Source: Desulfobulbus propionicus DSM 2032
GTDB lineage: Bacteria; Desulfobacterota; Desulfobulbia; Desulfobulbales; Desulfobulbaceae
Length of the DNA stretch: 32,000 nucleotides
Assembly (NCBI RefSeq): GCF_000186885.1
Contig: NC_014972.1
Coordinates: 1,110,001-1,142,000 of the forward strand
Reading direction: 5' to 3'
The notes beneath the pieces were generated by a model, which was given only the letters and a program-made list of their open reading frames with translations, had not been told where the DNA came from and did not search any database. The translations under genes were made by a program, and so were the position numbers. Numbering within the stretch: position 1 is the first letter of the stretch; the number at the start of each line of letters is the position of its first letter. Below are positions 26,573-32,000 of the stretch, one piece after another.

Positions 26573-27887
26573 GGAATCTTGAAATTTAGCTTAGCAAGCC
26601 CCGGCACCATTCACCGACAATTTTATTCACAAAGACCATGCTCTTCTGGCTTTTAATCCGATCGGTTTTGCACCTTGGCGGTGCCTCGCTCTGTGCTCGA
26701 TGGCGGTCTTTTGCCAGTTTGCCGCACTCCGGGCACACTTCACCTGCTTGCAGCCAGAAGCATCCCCATTCGGTCAATGTTATACACCAAGTTGCGCAAG
26801 CCGATCTTTGCTCGGGCTCGGGCTATGCCGATCGTGCGCAACAGTACATTCCCCGCTCGCTGCGCCTGTACACCAAAGACATGCTCGATTCGCGAACGGA
26901 CCTTGGATCTGGTTCGGTTGCCCTCCTGTTCTCTGGGCGTCAAGGGACGATTGCGGCTCCCCTTGCGTTGGATGTGTTCACGAAAACCATCCTGGCCGAG
27001 GCGCTCCAATCGATCCGCGGATCGATAGGCCGAATCCGCCCAGACGTCCTTGCTCGTATTGTCGGCAAGGAGTTGCTCGAACACGTTGCTGTCGTGCAGG
27101 GCCGCATCGGTCACGGCATAGCTGCGAATCAACTTGTGCTTCACATCCACCGAGATGTGGTTCTTGTAGCCGTAATAAGACTTGCCGTTCTTCTTGGTCC
27201 AGCGCGCGTCCGCGTCTTTTCTACGCCGCTTGTTCTCGGACCAGTTCTCCGGGATGTCGCCCTCTTTGATCCGGGCATTTTCCTCCCGGCTGTTCCGCTG
27301 TTTGGGCACGCTGACAATGCTGGCATCCACGATCTGCCCTTTCATCGCCATGAAGCCGTTGTCCCGGAGATGCGCATCGAAGGTCGCAAACAGTTCCTCT
27401 ACAATGCCGGCCTTGACGAGGTCTTCCCGAAAACGCCAGATGGTGGTGGCATCGGGAACCTTCTGGCTGATGTGCAGACCAAGAAAGCGCCCAAAGGAGT
27501 GCCGGTCGAGAATCTGAAACTCGGTCGCGTCATCCGACAGATTGTACAACGACTGCAGGATGAGAATCTTAAACAGCAGGATGACGTCGTACCCCTTCGG
27601 CCCGACCGTAGACTGCCGGCCCTTGTCCCTGGCCTTTTCGAGCGCAGGACGAAACATCTCCCAGTTGACCGTCTCGTTGATCTTGGCAAGTGGGTCGCCG
27701 TTCTTGTCGATTTTGTGCAATCGGTCCTGCAAATCAAAAAAGCCGGGCTGGATCATGGCTGATCTCCATCGGGTGATGGTTGGCGGATGCGGCCTTAAAA
27801 CGATGAAGAATGTAACATATTTACACAAAATCAACAATTTGATAGTTAAACTTGTCGCAGGCTACTGCATTTAATTTTCAAGAAACC
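26573..27887 (-). mobile_element. IS5-family insertion sequence
   Basis: Single DDE transposase gene. Terminal inverted repeats GGAATCTTGAAATTTAGC (26573-) and GGTTTCTTGAAAATTAAA (complement of -27887) match at 13/18. Flanked by direct CAATAG (26567-26572 and 27888-27893). GC-rich like the host core. The exact ends are tentative. Confidence 0.75.
26740..27756 (-). CDS. IS5-family DDE transposase
   Basis: Track ORF trimmed to ATG at 27756 (MIQPGFFDLQDRL). YNLSDDATEFQILDRHSFGRFLGL, IVDASIV, YGYKNHISVD, ADSAYRS and RSRIEHVFG align by eye with E. coli IS5 transposase motifs. Confidence 0.9.
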   Translation of the reverse strand: MIQPGFFDLQDRLHKIDKNGDPLAKINETVNWEMFRPALEKARDKGRQSTVGPKGYDVILLFKILILQSLYNLSDDATEFQILDRHSFGRFLGLHISQKVPDATTIWRFREDLVKAGIVEELFATFDAHLRDNGFMAMKGQIVDASIVSVPKQRNSREENARIKEGDIPENWSENKRRRKDADARWTKKNGKSYYGYKNHISVDVKHKLIRSYAVTDAALHDSNVFEQLLADNTSKDVWADSAYRSADRLERLGQDGFREHIQRKGSRNRPLTPREQEGNRTRSKVRSRIEHVFGVQAQRAGNVLLRTIGIARARAKIGLRNLVYNIDRMGMLLAASR

Positions 27888-28397
27888 CAATAGACATTCT
27901 GAACAGATGTGACTCCACAACAGAACAAGTTTATTTGCTTGGATCGGCCTATTATATTGAAGCAATGAGAGATAAATACAATGGAGAACTGTGTGGCCAA
28001 CCTCTTCCAATATCTTGGCACATTGTTACCTACAATCAAGTCAACTATGAAGCCATTTACTTTCAGGAGCCTTGGGGAGGCTGGGCCAGAGGCTACGGAG
28101 CTGGCCCTAGCAGTTGCGCCTTTGTTCCACAGTTGAAATTTCCACATATAAATTACCACCATGACTTTGGATTGTTTTATAGCGCTGACAATGCAGGCGG
28201 TGAATGGGGTTTCCAATGTGCGATAGAAATTGACCCTGAAGAAACGCATAAAGATCGTAAAGATAAAGACGAATATAGAGACAATATAGTTGACTACGAA
28301 GTAATACGTGTTGATGACAGGATACATAGTTGCACAACATGGTTTGAATTAATAATGGACAGAGACGATGCAATTATTGAGGAGCATCTCAAAACAA

Positions 28398-28658
28398 TCA
28401 AAGATGACGACGACACTCAAGATTGGTAGGCTCCCATCCAGGGGTGGCGATAATACGCACATATTTTCTTTCTTTTCCGCGGAAATGCCTATGTCTAAAT
28501 GTGTGGCGCCAGCCTATACCGTCGTCGGTGTCCTCTGTTTCCATATACCCCCAGACTTCCCTACAACATTCGCATTCAGCAACAGGGTCGGCATCTGGCA
28601 ATTTATTAAATGCTCTCTCAAGCTCTTCGCTTTTTTTGTTAAGCCATACAATCTTCAT
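28398..28658 (-). CDS. Hypothetical protein (86 aa)
   Basis: ATG at 28658. Sequence: MKIVWLNKKSEELERAFNKLPDADPVAECECCREVWGYMETEDTDDGIGWRHTFRHRHF.... Its 3' end overlaps the convergent IS-disrupted gene by 32 nt. Confidence 0.5.
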   Translation of the reverse strand: MKIVWLNKKSEELERAFNKLPDADPVAECECCREVWGYMETEDTDDGIGWRHTFRHRHFRGKERKYVRIIATPGWEPTNLECRRHL

Positions 28659-28686
28659 ATAATAACCTTATATAATAATATAAATC

Positions 28687-28750
28687 AGTTAACAACCGGC
28701 TTCACTCGGACCCCGCAAACAGCGCGGGTCCGGTGAGCCAGACGTTGGGC
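28687..28750 (+). other. attC-like site (family C, copy 2)
   Basis: AGTTAAC-AACCGGcttcactCGGACCCcgcaaacagcgcGGGTCCGGTG-agccagac-GTTGGGC. Near-identical to 25330-25394. Confidence 0.6.
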
Positions 28751-28786
28751 CTCGGTCTGCTCCCTGGTCGGTTGAAAACAACCTCG

Positions 28787-28884
28787 GCCCAACCAGTTCA
28801 TCAAGCGGACTAGCCGCTTATGCCGTCCCTACCAAAACCGAGCATTTCGAGAAGGTCCTTAACAGAGATGCTGTCACGTTGGGT
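28787..28884 (+). other. Possible attC-like site
   Basis: Opens with GCCCAAC, the exact complement of the GTTGGGC closing the previous site only 37 nt upstream. AAC-CAG[TT]CATC pairs with GATG-CTG-tcac-GTT. It closes with GTTGGGT. Central pairing is poor. Confidence 0.35.
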
Positions 28885-28962
28885 TGACATCAGGTAGTCT
28901 CGGCATGACAAGATAGTAGACTCTGCATCATCAACGTCTGCGCGGAGATCGTCAATCTCGCG

Positions 28963-29079
28963 TTACAGACGTTGAACCATACACTCTGAACAGCCATCAC
29001 CGTCGAATGGTGCTCCATGTTCGCACGGACCAGGATCTTCGACAATTCCGGAATCAATCTGCATTCTGTAGATATCCAT
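28963..29079 (-). CDS. Possible small protein (38 aa)
   Basis: ATG at 29079 preceded by GGAGAA. Sequence: MDIYRMQIDSGIVEDPGPCEHGAPFDGDGCSECMVQRL. The longer track ORF (to 29253) is translation of the repeat. Confidence 0.35.
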   Translation of the reverse strand: MDIYRMQIDSGIVEDPGPCEHGAPFDGDGCSECMVQRL

Positions 29080-29102
29080 TATGTTCTCCGTCTGGAATTT
29101 TT

Positions 29103-29151
29103 CCCCAACCAGCAGTTTCAGCAGGCCGAGCTGCTGAACTGCGCGTTCATG
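29103..29151 (+). other. attC-like site (family B, copy 1)
   Basis: CCCCAAC-CA-GCAGTT[T]CAGCAG-gccgag-CTGCTGAACTGC-GC-GTTCATG. The left box complements GTTGGGT at 28878 (6 of 7). There is an extra T on the left arm. Confidence 0.55.
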
Positions 29152-29303
29152 GCGACTGCGTCGCCATGAATCGCGGTGCTGACTGCGTCGAGCACCTTGC
29201 CTGGCGCCTTGCGCCAGAACAAGGTACTCGACCGGACACCGCACACCGATCATTCAAACTTCGTTTGCCTGATCGGCGCACGGCGCCGGTCAGCACCGCG
29301 ATT
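29145..29303 (+). repeat. 159-bp ORF-less structured cassette, copy 2
   Basis: Identical to 26315-26473. It starts at the G of the GTT closing the family-B site and ends with ATT followed by GTGG. As an attC it reads CATGAAT (29165) ... ATTGTGG (29307). Confidence 0.9.
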
Positions 29304-29343
29304 GTGGCCGTAGGTGCAGCGTGGTCGGTAGATGCCGGCCTCG

Positions 29344-29388
29344 CCACAACCAGTGCCTTACAGCGGACAATCCGCTGAAGTGTTACTC
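29344..29388 (+). other. attC-like site (family B-related)
   Basis: CCACAAC-CAGTGC-CTT[A]CAGCGGA-caa-TCCGCTGAAG-t-GTTACTC. The left box is the exact complement of (A/G)TTGTGG at 29301, 36 nt upstream. Confidence 0.45.
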
Positions 29389-29637
29389 AAAATATTCCTT
29401 TATCAGATAAAGCTGACTCGCAATTCCAAAGGTGCCTAATGAAACGCCCTCGATCTCCTCAGCCAAGTCGTCAAAATCTTCTGGAAGATCATCGTAAATA
29501 TCTCCTTTTTGCTTTGCCCGAGCCTCACCTGCAGATATCATTTCTGTGGACCTGGACGAAACTACTTTGCCACCCTGGAATATTTCGACTGTTTCGCCGT
29601 CAGCGGTGATTGTGATAACTACCTTGTCTGGATACAT
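29383..29637 (-). CDS. Hypothetical acidic protein (84 aa)
   Basis: Track ORF trimmed to ATG at 29637 (MYPDKVVITITADGETVEIFQGGK...). The longer N-terminus in the track is translation of the attC-like site 29666-29713. Confidence 0.5.
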   Translation of the reverse strand: MYPDKVVITITADGETVEIFQGGKVVSSRSTEMISAGEARAKQKGDIYDDLPEDFDDLAEEIEGVSLGTFGIASQLYLIKEYFE

Positions 29638-29665
29638 GATCACTCCGTTTTTTAAATTTATTCTG

Positions 29666-29713
29666 CCACAACCAGCAGTTTCAGCGGATGAACCGCTGAA
29701 CTGCGCGTTATGC
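29666..29713 (+). other. attC-like site (family B, copy 2)
   Basis: CCACAAC-CA-GCAGTT[T]CAGCGG-atgaa-CCGCTGAACTGC-GC-GTTATGC. Same arms as 29103-29151. Confidence 0.55.
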
Positions 29714-29845
29714 AGCTTCAAACAGGTTGCATGTTTCATGCACGATACATCCCTTTTTCTGGCACCACATGTCGCGGTCTTCGTTTATTGTCAAACAACC
29801 CGTACAATCTTCACACGACGTTTTTTCACTTATTTCTTCATGCAT
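29708..29845 (-). CDS. Possible small Cys-rich protein (45 aa)
   Basis: MHEEISEKTSCEDCTGCLTINEDRDMWCQKKGCIVHETCNLFEAA. The ATG lies inside the GCATAAC box of site 29842-29894, and the TAA stop lies inside the GTTATGC box of site 29666-29713. Confidence 0.35.
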   Translation of the reverse strand: MHEEISEKTSCEDCTGCLTINEDRDMWCQKKGCIVHETCNLFEAA

Positions 29846-29894
29846 AACAAGGTCGCTCCAGCCGACCAAAAGAGATCGGCGATAATGGTTAGAT
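29842..29894 (+). other. attC-like site (family A, short copy)
   Basis: GCATAAC-AAGGTCGCTCCAGCCGAC...GTTAGAT. The first 25 nt are identical to 30197-30221. The left box complements GTTATGC at 29707. Confidence 0.5.
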
Positions 29895-29906
29895 TGCGCT
29901 TGGCCA

Positions 29907-30200
29907 CTACACACCATCTCCGAAGTAAGTACGAGACGCCTTGTCAAGAACATCGTCGACCTCTTGCTCGTCAAACTCACGCCTATACAGCTCTTGCACA
30001 GCGTGGAGCATTTCATGGACCACAGATGTGGTAAATATTTCCTCGAAAGAAATTTCATTTGTTTTATCTGCACAGGCGTTTACCATCGCTTCAATATTTA
30101 CAACAATCTTCGCCTCTGGTTCCGCTACAGATCCAGATAGATATCCAGCAAATGCAGGTATTTCGTTATTGGGCTTAATGCTAAATTTAATTTCCAGCAT
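29907..30200 (-). CDS. Small HExxH protein (97 aa), putative zincin-like metallopeptidase
   Basis: Track ORF trimmed to ATG at 30200 (MLEIKFSIKPNNEIPAFAGY...). It contains VVHEMLHAVQEL, an HExxHxxQ pattern reminiscent of DUF4157-type peptidase domains. That assignment is from memory. Confidence 0.5.
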   Translation of the reverse strand: MLEIKFSIKPNNEIPAFAGYLSGSVAEPEAKIVVNIEAMVNACADKTNEISFEEIFTTSVVHEMLHAVQELYRREFDEQEVDDVLDKASRTYFGDGV

Positions 30201-30287
30201 AACAAGGTCGCTCCAGCCGACACCGGGAATCATCGCTCATCTTATCGGTATCTCAGCGGCCCGGTGCGGCTGATCTTGGCGTTAGAT
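30197..30287 (+). other. attC-like site (family A, long copy)
   Basis: GCATAAC-AAGGTC[GCTCC]AGCCG[A]CACCGGG ... CCCGGTGCGGCTGATCTTGGC-GTTAGAT. The arms pair, with extra bases only on the left arm. The right box is a perfect GTTRRRY. Confidence 0.55.
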
Positions 30288-30327
30288 TTCCCAAGAAAGC
30301 ATTACCTGAACAATAAATAAAGGATAA

Positions 30328-31845
30328 ATGATGTCATTCGCAAGGCCGTCAGAATCAATACAAATGAGCCTATTTCCTCAATCAAAACCGGCAACTAAGA
30401 GCGCTGATCTTGATGTTCCTAAAACTTATACCGGCTTGGCAGGTTTTCATAAATATTGGGGAAAGAAACCGATTGAAAGCTTGTGTTATCTTGTTGAAAA
30501 ATGCACCAAAGAAGAAGATGTCGTGATGGACCCTTTTCTCGGCTCTGGTTTAATATCGCTGGAGTGCGTACTTCGAAATAGACGTTTTGTCGGTATTGAT
30601 ATTAATCCGTTTTCAATCGAACATGCATCATTCCTACTCGATTTACCTACAAGTCAGGAATACTATCAGGCTTTGATAGAAATCGAAAATTCTGTTGCTG
30701 AAAAAATCAGAAATACTTATCTGACTTCGGAAGGAAAAATTGCATCGCACTATCTTTGGGAAGGGGATCAAATCGTCTCTGTATGGATTAAACCTGAAAC
30801 AGGGCGAAGCCGAATTGAACTAGTGCCGTCTGCGCTAGACTTAAATTCCTTTTCCACATACAAAGATTACAAGCCGTTACATTTCAGAAATCTCAGATTT
30901 TTCACTAACTCTAGGATTAACGTAAAGCCGACTATGACTGTCAGTGATGTTTTTACTGGGCGGGCGATGCGAAATATCGATTTACTCATTGAATCATTTG
31001 CCAATTATCCAGCGCACTTGAAACGTGCGCTGCTTCTCACATTAACATCTTCGGCTGGTCAGATGTCCAACATGGTCTTTGCCATAAAAAATCGGAGTGC
31101 AGGGAAGAGAAATGGTAACGGCGACAAAATAGAAGTTGGTAGTTGGGTTATTGGGTTTTGGTTGCCGGATACACATTTTGAAATAAACGTATGGAATTGT
31201 TTTAAAAATCGTGCGAATAAACTTCTGAAGGCGTTGCCAGCGGAAAGGAAATACTATGCAGTTTCGAACGACGCAGCATCTGTTGAGAATCTTGGAAATG
31301 ATGCATGGCTTATAAATTCTGACTGTAGGTCAGCATTGAAAGAAATTCCGCCAGAGTCAGTAGCATTCGTTTGTACTGACCCGCCACATAGTGATCGTAT
31401 ACCTTATCTTGAATTGAGTGAGCTATGGAATTCCTTGTTGGGATATTCCGTTGATTTTGACAGTGAAATTGTTGTTTCGAATGCAAAAGAACGTAATAAA
31501 TCAAAAATTAACTACAATTCGGAGATGACCGAATTCTTCTTGGAAATATCAAGGGTTCTTAAACCAAATGGTTACATAGCATTGTACTTCAATGCTCGTG
31601 ACGAGGAAAGCTGGCAATACTTGAAAAACATCGAAAAGATATCTGGCACATTAAACTTTATTGGATGTTTTCCAATGACGTACTCAGCTACCTCCGTTGT
31701 GCAAGATAATCGGAAAGGGGCCATGAAGAACGACTACATCATTATTTATCAGAAGGGGCAACCCTACACTGGACATCCCTTGACGAGTGCTTTTGTACAC
31801 CTTCCTGGATGGTCGTCTCAATTCCCAGCAAATAAAGGAGAGTAA
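30328..31845 (+). CDS. DNA methyltransferase (N6-adenine or N4-cytosine; motif I before motif IV, alpha-like order)
   Basis: 505 aa. FHKYWGKKP, the AdoMet motif VVMDPFLGSGL with GIDINP near residue 70, and the catalytic CTDPPH near residue 345. The roughly 250 aa between the motifs could be a target-recognition region. Confidence 0.87.
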   Translation: MMSFARPSESIQMSLFPQSKPATKSADLDVPKTYTGLAGFHKYWGKKPIESLCYLVEKCTKEEDVVMDPFLGSGLISLECVLRNRRFVGIDINPFSIEHASFLLDLPTSQEYYQALIEIENSVAEKIRNTYLTSEGKIASHYLWEGDQIVSVWIKPETGRSRIELVPSALDLNSFSTYKDYKPLHFRNLRFFTNSRINVKPTMTVSDVFTGRAMRNIDLLIESFANYPAHLKRALLLTLTSSAGQMSNMVFAIKNRSAGKRNGNGDKIEVGSWVIGFWLPDTHFEINVWNCFKNRANKLLKALPAERKYYAVSNDAASVENLGNDAWLINSDCRSALKEIPPESVAFVCTDPPHSDRIPYLELSELWNSLLGYSVDFDSEIVVSNAKERNKSKINYNSEMTEFFLEISRVLKPNGYIALYFNARDEESWQYLKNIEKISGTLNFIGCFPMTYSATSVVQDNRKGAMKNDYIIIYQKGQPYTGHPLTSAFVHLPGWSSQFPANKGE

Positions 31846-31851
31846 GTCAAA

Positions 31852-32000
31852 GTGAAAGACTTCAACTATTGGAAGAAATTACACGAAAGTGAGAAATTAG
31901 AAGAGTTTAGCACAGATGAGCTAGGGCTTCTTTGGCTCAAAGTAAAATGTATTGTTAGAAAAGAACTGATTTCAGAGTTTCTCACAGCGAATAATATTGA
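31852..32000 (+). CDS. Start of an ORF immediately downstream of the methyltransferase (possible cognate endonuclease; truncated by the window)
   Basis: GTG at 31852, 9 nt after AAGGAGAG. The frame VKDFNYWKKLHESEKLEEFSTDELGLLWLKVKCIVRKELISEFLTANNI stays open to the window edge. The function is purely positional inference. Confidence 0.35.
   Translation, partial: MKDFNYWKKLHESEKLEEFSTDELGLLWLKVKCIVRKELISEFLTANNI

Larger units (their letters stand above)
26485..28429 (+). pseudogene. Cassette gene of unknown function interrupted by the IS5-family element
   Basis: The 5' part runs from 26485 (MKITKSNILNLIKTAFGFEWTPEISQEAI). The 3' part is open from the IS end to the stop at 28427-28429. Deleting 26573-27893 (the IS plus one CAATAG copy) joins them in frame, giving a 207-aa ORF by my count. 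Confidence 0.7.
21935..30287 (+). mobile_element. Integron-type gene-cassette array (cluster of attC-like sites; no integrase in the window)
   Basis: AT-rich block in which nearly every intergenic gap holds an imperfect palindrome bounded by xxxxAAC ... GTTxxxx. The closing 7-mer of one site is the reverse complement of the opening 7-mer of the next in at least 9 junctions (listed in the findings). The + orientation is inferred from unpaired bases lying on the left arm and is tentative. Confidence 0.6.

Noticed and set aside
26638-27762. 374-aa plus-strand ORF inside the IS
   Set aside because: It is antisense to the IS5-type transposase, whose sequence matches the family by eye. It has no motifs.
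25330-30287. CRISPR array
   Set aside because: The repeated palindromes were considered as CRISPR repeats. However, they fall into several unrelated sequence families and differ in length (45-143 bp). They are irregularly spaced (40 bp to 2 kb), and the intervals contain ORFs.
21700-32000. Prophage or phage remnant
   Set aside because: The small phage-like hypothetical proteins and a methyltransferase suggested a prophage. However, there are no capsid, tail, terminase, repressor or integrase genes. The periodic attC-like sites explain the organisation better.

Overview
The window has two compositionally distinct parts.

(1) Positions 1 to about 21,620 are GC-rich core chromosome. The taxon cannot be fixed from the sequence. 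Genes, in order:
- an amino-acid ABC importer (ATPase, permease, binding protein)
- a Leu/Ile/Val-type periplasmic binding protein translationally coupled to a 1048-aa hybrid PAS histidine kinase
- an ABC-F ATPase
- pheA
- a cold-adaptation RNA-chaperone cluster (RRM protein, DEAD-box helicase, CspA-type protein)
- a USP plus kinase-like operon
- a PilZ protein
- an isochorismatase-family hydrolase
- a CSD-TM-Excalibur protein
- tag
- a membrane-anchored pentapeptide-repeat protein
- an M24 peptidase
- ybaK

(2) From about 21.7 kb to the window end the DNA is AT-rich and packed with small ORFs. These are separated by short imperfect palindromes bounded by ...AAC / GTT... boxes. I read this as an integron-type gene-cassette array, with at least 16 attC-like sites in several sequence families. 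No integrase is present in the window, so it resembles a CALIN.

Notable cassette contents:
- A two-gene unit encoding a cytoplasmic trypsin-like serine protease plus a protein with an Rx4H (HEPN-like) motif. This is my best candidate for an undescribed defence or abortive-infection system.
- A 159-bp ORF-less structured cassette present in two identical copies.
- An IS5-family element that splits a cassette gene, which can be rejoined in frame.
- Several tiny Cys-rich or HExxH proteins.
- An alpha-class DNA methyltransferase followed by a truncated ORF, a possible R-M pair.

All functional calls come from reading motifs by eye. No database search was run.
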